A stretch of DNA of 32,000 nt from an archaeon. GTDB lineage: Archaea; Asgardarchaeota; Thorarchaeia; Thorarchaeales; Thorarchaeaceae. Positions 11,101 to 17,778 of the stretch are shown here, piece after piece. The position numbers and the translations under genes were made by a program. Numbering within the stretch: position 1 is the first letter of the stretch; the number at the start of each line of letters is the position of its first letter. The stretch spans positions 1 through 32,000 of the forward strand of contig JAJRZD010000105.1 in the NCBI GenBank assembly GCA_024275415.1. The letters run 5' to 3'. A model generated the notes under the pieces. That model did not search any database. It had not been told where the DNA came from and saw only the letters and a program-made list of their open reading frames with translations.

Positions 11101-13150
11101 CTAATGACCACATATCATCATAAGGTGGTGCAATCATAAATCGAAGCTCTGTATCAGTATCGCAGTTCGGAACGTTGAACACCAGTACAAGCTGGGAATC
11201 ACCTATTGTTGCACGGGCATATCCAATATAATTGCCATATTGATCCACCACGGGGATGAACGGTGCTACATAGTCGTCCTCATTCCTAAGGAGAACAATC
11301 AGGTTCACTATCTTTGTGTTGCCAGCATTATCAGTCGCAACAAATCGAAAGTGATGATAGCCATCCTGAATTCCTGTCGTTGGCCATGAATAGGTCCATG
11401 ATGTGCCACTGAAGGAAATGTCAATCGCGTCGTTGCCATCAATACTCACAGTGAACGAAGAGATCCCAGCAACTGACCCGTTTATTTTGCCCGAAAAGTC
11501 TATGGAGGAACCAGACACAGTATCTAGGTCACTATGGGATGTCACCTCAAGTATCGGTGCCGTGCTATCAAAAATAACACTGGCGGTGCTGGTCTTAGTA
11601 GCTACATTCCCAGCAACGTCAATCACTGTGACGTTCTTGATAGTATAAGTCCCCTCAAGATTTCCGGCTTCTAGTGTGAATCCGCCTTCACGATATACAG
11701 TGTCTTCGATGCCCGAGGAGGTTTCGGTTGATAGAGATACTGTAAAGTCGTTGCCAGCGGGATCTGTCACTACAGCGGTAACTTTCGAGATGCCAGAGCC
11801 AGATTCGGTGATTGCTGTTTTTATCGTGAAAGTTGTACCAGATGATCCGTAGGTGGGTGAGAAGGAGATTGTGCCAATGACGGGATCGGTGTTGTCAACT
11901 CGCACTGGGAATGTTTCAAGTCCGAAGTTTCCTGCATAATCATATGCGCCTATGCTGATGAACCTCGTTCCATCATCCACTTCGGTGGTGTCTATACTAC
12001 ATTTCCACGAAGATGTCCCTATAGCATCCACCCAGCTCCCGGTTCCGATTCGGCCAATGACCTTTAACAGCCCGCTCCCCTCAGTCCCATCGGAAGCGAT
12101 ACCACTCACTGTTATGGTACCTGAAACCCATCTGTAAGGTGACGGAGATGAGATGGTTATGGTGGGAGATTCATTGTCGACCCTGAAAGTGATACTCTCT
12201 CTCGTTCGGGTTCCAGTCGCATCGACCACATAAAAGTAAGCAATGTGTTCGCCATCCGTAAGTTCTGTCGTGTCAATCTCGGCTGTCCATGATGAGGTCC
12301 CATTACAAGAGGTCCAAAAGAGGAACGGATAAGCAAGTTCGATAAGGCCAGGATCGACCATGAAGTATACACCATTAAACCCTTCGCCTCTGTTATCAAC
12401 AGCGGTGCCGGAGAAGGTGTACTTTCCTCGAATCCACTGGTCTTCAACAGGGTCTGCTATCGTAAGGGAGGGAGGCGTACTTCCCAGATATAAATCATCG
12501 AAATATGCATCGATATAATGCCACCACCAACTCTCGGTTCTCACATGACACCATATCTCGTCGATTGATTGGGATGTGGGATCCTCCCCCTTTCTACTGA
12601 TATCATAGTAGATTTTTTTGTAGAAATGTTTCCATACATCCTGGGTGGAACCCATATCAAATGTATACTGTTCTCCGTCGATGTCTGGCATATCAAGATT
12701 GTCACTAACATAGTACACAAGCCAGTAGTCAGCGGGCGTGATATGAAGAACAATCGCGACAAAACGCTTGGTTGCATCAGAATCGAAGTACATGGCCCCT
12801 CCGAGAACGGTCGTACGTGTTATTGGGACGGGATCCAATGATTGATATACTGTTGCAAATGCAATACCTCCAGTAGCAATTGTTCCAGATATCTGTAGAG
12901 ACTTTGAACCTTCATATTTTTTGGAAGTGGTTGAACTCCATGTGCCCGTAAATCCTGATTTTGCATCCCATGCTATTGTGCCATCCTCGAAACCTGAATT
13001 GATAATGGCATTATCATTCGGAGGGTCACTCCCGCCATCTCCGGGGTCAATGATAGGCTCTGCAGCAACGTTGGTGGTTAGACTGCTTCCTATGACTAAT
13101 ACTGTCAAGCATGCTAGTACTAAGACCAGATATTTCGTTTCCTTCTTCAT
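2192..13150 (-). CDS. Giant (3652 aa) membrane-anchored Ig-like repeat surface protein / putative adhesin with an N-terminal CBM4/9-like domain
   Basis: Signal peptide MKKETKYLVLVLACLTVLVIGSSLTTNVAA. NAIINSGFEDG...W resembles the start of CBM_4_9-type beta-sandwiches. Many beta-rich Ig-like repeats, internal hydrophobic segments near aa 2000-2045 and 3155-3190, and a C-terminal multi-TM region. Confidence 0.9.
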   Translation of the reverse strand: MKKETKYLVLVLACLTVLVIGSSLTTNVAAEPIIDPGDGGSDPPNDNAIINSGFEDGTIAWDAKSGFTGTWSSTTSKKYEGSKSLQISGTIATGGIAFATVYQSLDPVPITRTTVLGGAMYFDSDATKRFVAIVLHITPADYWLVYYVSDNLDMPDIDGEQYTFDMGSTQDVWKHFYKKIYYDISRKGEDPTSQSIDEIWCHVRTESWWWHYIDAYFDDLYLGSTPPSLTIADPVEDQWIRGKYTFSGTAVDNRGEGFNGVYFMVDPGLIELAYPFLFWTSCNGTSSWTAEIDTTELTDGEHIAYFYVVDATGTRTRESITFRVDNESPTITISSPSPYRWVSGTITVSGIASDGTEGSGLLKVIGRIGTGSWVDAIGTSSWKCSIDTTEVDDGTRFISIGAYDYAGNFGLETFPVRVDNTDPVIGTISFSPTYGSSGTTFTIKTAITESGSGISKVTAVVTDPAGNDFTVSLSTETSSGIEDTVYREGGFTLEAGNLEGTYTIKNVTVIDVAGNVATKTSTASVIFDSTAPILEVTSHSDLDTVSGSSIDFSGKINGSVAGISSFTVSIDGNDAIDISFSGTSWTYSWPTTGIQDGYHHFRFVATDNAGNTKIVNLIVLLRNEDDYVAPFIPVVDQYGNYIGYARATIGDSQLVLVFNVPNCDTDTELRFMIAPPYDDMWSLEDISYVDGSDTISFVDDPNVIWDTSAHALRFPVVTSTSVSLIERSVIVSVGKADLVWTLETPVDYDIVLGVTHSVTLSLSDSQGIVPPGLPFEIELHAVQGNENLLLSTATIANSGQVTIYFSIGLSSNLVAGPVDLYIVILNMDYPLYDVTKAPSSNLAGFTLFEEPSWLFDPADAVIVHYVPTVYDQRQLTVQVTMLDSYGLDDTMIGQLVEVTITGPNVNTTIAIYQTLHEDGVYALFKYNLTEAGEYTLLFDYVPSGYYLDIANSSLTVSVEGQRPVNLTLDIDDGITPGLPIVLAAELTDAWASGYPIEGLEVTFSYTLDDQNYVIGISTTDGFGLAYLTWDPSYDDWLQIAGKDIQFQVETNQTISYLNGVGLVPVSIPTISTSFNTPFLSPTLISAGESITVNIHLYDVFMNTVSAEVLVQLSGTSGYYDSFVIVTEVNGSFVVTLDTWGNYTMNLSYAGSEVYASSQISQGFTVNGLKTFTHISSTPESNQAVAGEDILIEFQVVDIHGVPVADLEVLVNITWNGATSSYTFLTEYNNSILLHPDTNGDIVITCVFLGQETYEPSSSTSVITIIRRSTIVTLDPLPDVIHPYVSPSEISYTLTSTVTDNLTGLPMADVTVLYCYVLENQSVFMPIWNMTGSINETLASEFLAWGIFTAIGTAVTDSSGTASFVWQAPVIPIQDLTIFALSFRNDVHETGISEVQVTSYQLIDTSIQVEASWRGDATNVNVSIRLWDEYGFLLLGEYVEILIRSAGGNDVFEDHITVLTGVNSTFVWSAPNYGMYIIECIYRGSQYYDESASAPAFFVVSWRLLDVQITAPSSVYAFEDIIIDIYVVDLNATENELLLEPITVHLVRRVGLNLETLGSVVVDGHGMGQITWSAPPHYETYRIFAIVQRSEIYEAAMSNILAIRVDPIRTTLSIDVEDYYECALNFTYVFDIDLVDEFGNSLDGAIVSLTLTDNYTEFWSSGFNARYAKHSPEAEQHLEDLLWHTYEFTIIIGLNDTFTLTLDSRAVDRILFAARAIAIAEYDGNTTYLPSMDLAKMASHLIQTSVEIGFENDNLRMFSGGPQLIYFNVSDEIGDTIYRGYVNVTIIGPDGYIFEYQVDLSNNNTLYWTPSKAGQYSIHAEFLGGTVPLRVKCQHGGGQIASGFRWVSQLFYNMRMTRSMNVSTMLVSHIPVTISFGELPKDIYCDDSVLLQANVVNSLNGQPVAGFSVRFFYFDETGEEHFLGANTTNSEGIAILLWNTPRSVDSMGYQAVLLGAEGSSKQYQGMTFYAKTPIRLWPKKLEAPDYVINSANHFGTDSSSVDSIFAAAIVVVLLAASVNFVRLNPQLRKFMFLCMAILLTVGMLYVSLALESYNHPFEANLLSNLQTNFDGVSAATDAEDSDIVIANGYTPESITFSRGMSDFGITYNTLAVEEAITPTVTTAPNATYIIVPLRRTLDVSFVAQGKYVVTILDAARNPVDTVAGIGSGLVNVSFRISESKYIPGKSYTVNTFVTAESGGIIYGDTSWITMVVSKVATTLEILLESETIQYYSKQQTISLAAQLSRMYENISLPNGDVTFYYRPAQNLTWTEIGTATTSDTGIASLDWTLNLPKGSYVINATYEGDANHDSAVTLKLLTVEGAATVVSPAAGHATQYWTEYAHPVTLYSSLYDYYGMPLENRTLDFYLRRDDATHWIGQNKTNSEGVAELVYTPYLVEGTHGVEIRFEGDANYAPSSLLLEDALSVLRQSSRITDFSAEKLVVTGHEVILDTRIEDGKGYPLYKKPVLFQLYDSSTQTWRLLDEVETDVSGYASVNYMVDLSPGKYAYRIAFDGDEMTLPVATQGTLTVLPESTEIYLVHASAIYGHDVVISAHLQDTLGLPIESEVLLFYIQYDNIWVPMGWALTSADGWADLTWNANLPAGNYTVKVVFPGTLAKSSAEHISTSLTIRKSNSVLSVSAPSQASISLPVEMNVTLTDELGLPLGNRDIELTISHEGSVVQSVTLQTDTNGIASYRYIPPYLGEYIIQARFVGDDHYGAAISTDTMVAEKIDLAISLVLSQVAAHRNDIIAFSGFATRYDPDLDAMVPVESGVTFYLNWTDDLSLEIVSYEMETYGTNGQIRGTWTIPTDSISNPWVQAGNRTFIVSVGKDYIYSGSTEFDLRIIERTSLTITPERDSKPVDDFYVEQSTDFRFVLFDEDNEPLIGFSLDYSINGEDFSGITESRQDGNGLVHLGYHPKQSGGLYVRSSYEGSIFFDPVSSRITETIWRRDVTVDSIELSTDYAHRGDTLNLSLSLIDDLTNADLIETITLDVLVDGTIIQSFNDYSGFDKVTFTLPDDLQAGEHTVQIGTHLGRVYNVIGDSLTFICFEYTTIEMFYPDNMKSLEKQDIRIKLTDEDGAPLPKRFIELSIENPENELNILFLETDNFGEAHYSWTPQEHGDFVLESAFDGEVLFLVEEVGFRLSTTVTVAEGGGKSESGISPLWVLPVILLLAVDIALEFTSFGCLAFLMADAKAGDTHFNIKKIAYPSIRIVNVDIWLPIIGWTTVPVPIPYIYNEFNLKITSPTLNFELGGGSDTDTIASFNGRPLSAIVDDLIGVFENPVVESQSTYVSPNTLVPSSPEAIAITTESGSIEGGDIQIDSPRIEITNINEHDVFENQETIEVRWALYLPEFLGEINSTIAVDGGDPIEVEPDTSYVSSNGAILYYRYSLQTVEESGFLNRDALRNGAHKVEVQSEVNNEELSDTVHFYVWNLKAFLVALLAFFGGVLLTIAIESLVGKIWARNAEKMPWWAAGLISGILGGIFTGLNVLLVLFFIELSMGISGSSFLTKSGGPFPWGVWIAFGLIALGIIFIVNGFRQAPNAKMETFIAVFTSTTVITVLSWLISEFIISNFSTGGEIIASMILTVLQGLIAGVVAVILLDRVYKNRKGQTGYTSKEMQYGMLSGSIGVGLILGAISLILRTCQEVERENY
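3720..10760 (-). repeat. Two blocks of degenerate ~100-aa Ig-like (Big_1/invasin-like) protein repeats
   Basis: At least ten copies of a G-x-x-x-T-[DN]-x-x-G-x-A-x-x-x-[WY] motif, e.g. IGISTTDGFGLAYLTW, IGTAVTDSSGTASFVW, LGANTTNSEGIAILLW, IGTATTSDTGIASLDW, IGQNKTNSEGVAELVY, MGWALTSADGWADLTW. Confidence 0.7.
11301..12478 (-). repeat. Four tandem Ig-like (Big_3-type) protein repeats
   Basis: Recurrent P-x-[IL]-T-I-x-x-P...GTSSW...IDTTExxDG...D-x-A-G-N...[RI][VF]D pattern, best conserved in units 1, 2 and 4. Confidence 0.75.
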
Positions 13151-13209
13151 TTAGTTCCTCTCCATCAGGTTACTATGTGTACTTGTTGCAAGTTGAACAA
13201 TGCTGGATG

Positions 13210-15165
13210 TCACTCCCTATCGCGACCTCCGGAATCGGATATGGGAGAACCAGCAAGCACAGAAGTTGGTGCTGTTCTTGTGGTTCTGCTTCTTAGAACA
13301 AGTAGAACTACAATGGCCAGCGAGCCAGATATGCCACCCATCACGAGAATAACCAAGAGAAGATCACCTTCTGGAGTTGGTTGTGATGTGTCAGTCAGGG
13401 TAGGGGGTGGCGTAGTATTGCTTGTGGAAGTGCTTGGGTCGTATACTACATACTGATAGTACAACCCGGAATCCATGAACTCTTGCGAGTTTCCAACTGA
13501 ATCATTTGCGAGGATATAGTACTGCACAGTGGTACCATTTGATTGAGCAGGAATGTCACCACTGTAGTTCCCATTTTGTCCTTTTTGCATGATGATGATA
13601 TTCCAGCTCGTTCCAGAATCAACAGAATAGTTCAAGAGTACTGTATCAACAACTCCAATGTCATCAGTGATGTTCGCTATGACTGTGACATCGTCCTCAG
13701 AGGTCGGAGCCTGAGGGAGCTGCTCTATGGAGTGACAGACTGGGGCTGAACCATCGACCCTCGCTTCTTCGCGTTGACTGTCAACATAGACTCCAAGGGC
13801 ATCGCCCACAGAAACATAATACTCGATGACACCTTCGGTAAATGGACCAATCTCGGCAGCGAAGGTAACTTGGGAAATGAACAGTGAGGTCGTGTTCTGC
13901 ATTGTCACGTTAGACCAGATTCCCGAGTCCTGTCGGAAGTATAGAATGGCATCCCAGATGTGAAAAGTGCCTCTGGAGGCATTCGCTTGGATGAGCAGAG
14001 GGTCTGTTGGGCCATACAAACCAGATAGTTTTGCGATAGATGCAGTCGCTCTCTCAAAATGATGGTAGATAGTACGGTTCTCGGCACCGACCACTATCCG
14101 ATTGCCGTCTTCGGATATTCCCACTTGCCAGATCGTCCCATCCATGTCGATACGTAATCTGGTTCGATTGTTATCCTTCCTGAACAGATACGCAGATGCA
14201 TCATAACCACCGGCCAAGATGATAGAACCATTGCTCACCATATCGATCTCGGTGATTTGGTTTGTACCATTGAATGTCCATAATGTGTCATTTGAAGAGA
14301 ATTCAAACAGGTAGAGATTCGCTCTGGAAACAGCTGAGGATGTCCCAACTGCTATTGTCGAGCCATCCGCTGATATCTCTGCAGTGATGAAATCATTTCC
14401 AGTATACTCCCAGATCGTCGAATTGCTCGTCCTCTCGAAAGTGTAAATCCTTTCAGATGAAACACCGACAATTCTAGAACCATCCCTATTAATGCCTAGG
14501 CCGTTAACCCATCCTCCCATATCATAGGTCCACAGTGTGTTGTTGGAGTTTCGATCGAATGCGTAGAGTGTATTGTTCCTTCCACCAGAAACGATTGTGT
14601 TCCCATCATATGATATCGCAACACGCCACATCGGCTCTGGGGACTTGTATTTCCAAAGCGTATTGTTAGAACGATAGTCAAACAGGTAGGTCCATCCGCT
14701 CCAGTCTACAGCGGCGATTGTAGACCCATCGCCAGAGATAGCAATGTCAACAATCCAACCGGACGCATTGTAACTCCAGAGGGAGTAATTGCTGTCCTCC
14801 CCCATAAGATACACGAATCCACTTCCTAGTGCAGTCCCAACTGCTGTCAGTGACCCATTTTCGCAAGTAGAGAGTGAGAAGATATTCTCAGATGCATTGA
14901 AGGTCCATAGTGATATATTAGAGGAAGGGTCAAGTCGATGAAGTAGGTTATCTGACACGACAAAAACAGTACTTCCATCGTCAGATATTGTTGCCTTTGT
15001 CCATGATTCGTTTGTAGTGAAGTTCCAAGTCGTGGGCACGGTGTCATCTGAAAGAACTGATTGCATACCAGATGCAATTACACCTTCAGAGAATGCAGGA
15101 GAAATTACCGGGAGCGCTCCAAGTCCAAATAGGACAACACATAGGAATACCATGAACTCTCTCAA
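13210..15165 (-). CDS. Secreted, C-terminally anchored WD40/PQQ-like beta-propeller protein with two Ig-like domains
   Basis: Signal peptide; about 8 repeats of ~40 aa (xNxTLWxY...hxhSxDGSxhhxG...YLF); beta-rich domains; S/T/P linker; TM LLLVILVMGGISGSLAIVVLLVL followed by RSR. Start may be TTG 15165 or ATG 15153. Confidence 0.88.
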   Translation of the reverse strand: MREFMVFLCVVLFGLGALPVISPAFSEGVIASGMQSVLSDDTVPTTWNFTTNESWTKATISDDGSTVFVVSDNLLHRLDPSSNISLWTFNASENIFSLSTCENGSLTAVGTALGSGFVYLMGEDSNYSLWSYNASGWIVDIAISGDGSTIAAVDWSGWTYLFDYRSNNTLWKYKSPEPMWRVAISYDGNTIVSGGRNNTLYAFDRNSNNTLWTYDMGGWVNGLGINRDGSRIVGVSSERIYTFERTSNSTIWEYTGNDFITAEISADGSTIAVGTSSAVSRANLYLFEFSSNDTLWTFNGTNQITEIDMVSNGSIILAGGYDASAYLFRKDNNRTRLRIDMDGTIWQVGISEDGNRIVVGAENRTIYHHFERATASIAKLSGLYGPTDPLLIQANASRGTFHIWDAILYFRQDSGIWSNVTMQNTTSLFISQVTFAAEIGPFTEGVIEYYVSVGDALGVYVDSQREEARVDGSAPVCHSIEQLPQAPTSEDDVTVIANITDDIGVVDTVLLNYSVDSGTSWNIIIMQKGQNGNYSGDIPAQSNGTTVQYYILANDSVGNSQEFMDSGLYYQYVVYDPSTSTSNTTPPPTLTDTSQPTPEGDLLLVILVMGGISGSLAIVVLLVLRSRTTRTAPTSVLAGSPISDSGGRDRE

Positions 15166-15187
15166 ATGCCAATCCTCTCAAACCTAG

Positions 15188-15275
15188 GAGAAAACCAAAT
15201 AGCAGGTAACTTGGTTTTATCAATCTCCCATCAATTACAATCGTTCACGAGAAAACCCAGATATAAATATATTCG
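15188..15275. promoter_or_regulatory. Divergent promoter region with TATA-like box and inverted-repeat operator candidate
   Basis: TATAAATATA at 15262-15271 (TTTATA on the minus strand). Perfect inverted repeat AAAACCAA-N12-TTGGTTTT at 15191-15218. GAGAAAACC occurs at both 15188 and 15249. Confidence 0.5.
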
Positions 15276-15453
15276 ATAAGAAAAACACGGTTGGGAAATA
15301 GAACGAGGTGCTGAGCCATAATGCTTCGAGTCTGAGAGAGATTTGTGTGCCACGAAATTCATTCACTTTCCTCAGATACTGATTGTATTCTATTAGTGCG
15401 TTGCAGAAGGGTATATAGGGAATGTGCTCACAGAAATTTAGAGAGGTTTCTAA

Positions 15454-15849
15454 TTGTCAGACAGCAATACGTTCAGAGTGACGTGTCCCTACTGCGGGCA
15501 GACAAACGAGTACTATACATGGGACAAGCGAGACGATGGCCTCCTGCACTGCTCGACCTGTGGAAGCCTTATCGACACAGCACATGCAAGCACGAGGACT
15601 CCTCAAGCATCACCGCCTCTGCCTCCACGAGATGCCACATTCACGGATGGATATGCTCCTGCCCCGCACAGTGCACCTCCTCCCTCCACCGCAAAATCGA
15701 ATCAATGGCTTCTGTGTTGTGCGATCCTGTCCATCCTATTTCTTCCAATAGTAATAGGGATACCTTTGGGACTCGTTCTAGGAATTATGTGGTATCGACG
15801 GAAGAACAGAGTGGGAGCAGGAAGACCCAAACCTTCTCGGGCATGGTAA
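15454..15849 (+). CDS. Zinc-ribbon protein with Pro-rich linker and C-terminal membrane segment
   Basis: CPYC...CSTC zinc ribbon, Pro/Ala-rich linker, WLLCCAILSILFLPIVIGIPLGLVLGIMWY hydrophobic segment and RRK stop-transfer. TTG start with GAGG upstream. Confidence 0.8.
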   Translation: MSDSNTFRVTCPYCGQTNEYYTWDKRDDGLLHCSTCGSLIDTAHASTRTPQASPPLPPRDATFTDGYAPAPHSAPPPSTAKSNQWLLCCAILSILFLPIVIGIPLGLVLGIMWYRRKNRVGAGRPKPSRAW

Positions 15850-15939
15850 GGACTTGGATGGTAGTGTTTCTGTGGAGAAATATAAGCCCACATTCCATTT
15901 ATTACTAGACATGAAATAATTGGGCTTGGGAAAACGCAG

Positions 15940-17007
15940 ATGCAATCCTTAGAATTAGTACCTTCACTTCTCATATCGATGCTCGTGACATTCATTGCCC
16001 TGGCCGTTGTGATAAACTCGTGGAGGCAAAGAAGGTTACTTCCAACACTTCTATACGTCTTGACGATTGGTTGTTTCTCTGCAATGGTAATCGACCTCCT
16101 GCTCGATCAAATCTATATGCCATTTCGCAACTGGGGACTCGTTGTCAACGGTCATCAGTTGTGGGTATCGAATCTGCTTCTCACGCTCTTCATAGTCGGC
16201 GGTTTCATCTCCTGGTATTTTGCGATAATGTACTCGCAGTATGATACACCTCCGACCAAGCTGTCAATCCTAGTCGCATTCCTATCAGGAGGTGCCCTCG
16301 TTGGAGAACTGGTGAAAGGAAATTGGTCTAACTACCTGCCGTTGGTTATCGAGGTTGTTGCCTTTGCGATACTGATTGCGGTCATTGTTCAATATTATCG
16401 AAGGATTATCAGGACGACAACAGACAGGTCAGCTCGCCGAGTGGTCAGTTTCTACTTCCTTGGCTTTGTGATATGGATCAGTGCGGGCCCAATTGGACTG
16501 ATAATTGCAAGTTTGTCAGGGATTCCGTGGTGGGTGGGTAATCTCTGGACCGTCCCGTATACCCTCGGATTACTACTTGTTTCAATCACGGTTGCACAAA
16601 ATCCTAGATTGTTGTTCATAAGCGAGGCACGACCTCTTGACTTTATAGTGTTGGATAGTCAGGGGGTTCTTGTATTTAGTCACAGATTCCATGACTACCC
16701 TGGCAGTATGGACTCCGAGCTCGTTGGTTCTGCAATATCAGGTATCATCTCGCTAATGAAAGAACTCCTTGCAAGTGGCGAGTCTCTACAACGTATCGAC
16801 CATGGCGATGTGAAAATTCTTCTCGAGCATGGAGCGGATATTACCTGCCTACTTGTTGTTACAATAGCAACCTCAAGGTTTAGACAATCGCTACAGGCAG
16901 CATTGGTCGAATTTGAAACCACTTATAGGAAGCACTTGCACTCTGAGCATTCACTTAGCACGGGCTTCTTACCATTCAAGGCTCGGGCGGAAGAGATTTT
17001 CCTTTAG
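15940..17007 (+). CDS. Seven-transmembrane protein fused to a C-terminal longin-like domain
   Basis: Seven hydrophobic helices in aa 1-220. The soluble domain FIVLDSQGVLVFSH...DSELVGSAISGIISLMKE...IDHGDVKILLEHG...LLVV...FRQSLQAALVEFETTY follows the beta-beta-alpha-beta-beta-beta-alpha longin pattern typical of Asgard proteins. Confidence 0.8.
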   Translation: MQSLELVPSLLISMLVTFIALAVVINSWRQRRLLPTLLYVLTIGCFSAMVIDLLLDQIYMPFRNWGLVVNGHQLWVSNLLLTLFIVGGFISWYFAIMYSQYDTPPTKLSILVAFLSGGALVGELVKGNWSNYLPLVIEVVAFAILIAVIVQYYRRIIRTTTDRSARRVVSFYFLGFVIWISAGPIGLIIASLSGIPWWVGNLWTVPYTLGLLLVSITVAQNPRLLFISEARPLDFIVLDSQGVLVFSHRFHDYPGSMDSELVGSAISGIISLMKELLASGESLQRIDHGDVKILLEHGADITCLLVVTIATSRFRQSLQAALVEFETTYRKHLHSEHSLSTGFLPFKARAEEIFL

Positions 17008-17034
17008 GTGGTCATGACACATCCCCATTCTTGC

Positions 17035-17634
17035 TCATCCATCTGGCTGTCTGAATGTGACGATAACCAGCATCAGCACGAACAGAAGAGAGCCAAAGAC
17101 GGTGAACCACTCTGTAAGGGAACCACTTATGGTGAACGCGAACACTATTGTAGAGAGATCAAATATGATGGTGTATAGTCCCACAACACGAGGAAACGTG
17201 TTGTGAAGCAAAAGTCCTATCCCTGCTAAGAAAAGAACAAAAAAGTTCAGCATGAAGAAGGTCATAGATGCTATCATATGAGGTGAGCCCTGATCCTCTG
17301 AAAAGACGCCTATCATGATCAGTGCAATTGCGGATGCGATACCTAATATCTGAGCGTGGGACAGTATTACCCGTTGCAGCCCACTCTCAACGTGCCATGT
17401 CAGCAAGCTGATGAAAAACAGCACCAGAGCAATCCCAGTTAGAATGCAGCCAAAATTGTAGAATATCGCCCCTGATGGATTGTAGTCATAGTTTCCTAGG
17501 CGGCTGAGATAATGTGTAAGAGGTCCATACGGGGCAGGATACAGAGCCCACGAAAGAAGTGTAAGAAGACAATAAGTCGATATCACAAAGGCTCCGGATG
17601 CCACAAGTATTGATTGCATCTTGCTTTTGGGCAT
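17035..17634 (-). CDS. DUF998-like multi-pass membrane protein
   Basis: YP.Y...HYLSRLG...GAIFYNFGCILTG and IGVFSED...HMIAS...FF patterns; about 6 TM helices. ATG 17634 follows AGGGAG and avoids overlap with the divergent gene. Confidence 0.7.
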   Translation of the reverse strand: MPKSKMQSILVASGAFVISTYCLLTLLSWALYPAPYGPLTHYLSRLGNYDYNPSGAIFYNFGCILTGIALVLFFISLLTWHVESGLQRVILSHAQILGIASAIALIMIGVFSEDQGSPHMIASMTFFMLNFFVLFLAGIGLLLHNTFPRVVGLYTIIFDLSTIVFAFTISGSLTEWFTVFGSLLFVLMLVIVTFRQPDG

Positions 17635-17778
17635 ACTCCCTTTATTCGTTCGAGTCGCTCTTAAATCATTAGTGTGCACTGTATGACATCACCTTTCGAT
17701 ATTGATGAAATGTCACACCACAATCCATTTCTCAGTCCGAGCTGCGATGTTGCCAGAGCTGAGAAGATGCTCATTCGA

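Noticed and set aside
2334-13749. Many short ORFs overlapping the giant and propeller genes (e.g. 2334..2867 +, 8951..9283 +, 13175..13456 +)
   Set aside because: Antisense or alternative-frame shadows of long genes; no motifs or independent translation signals.
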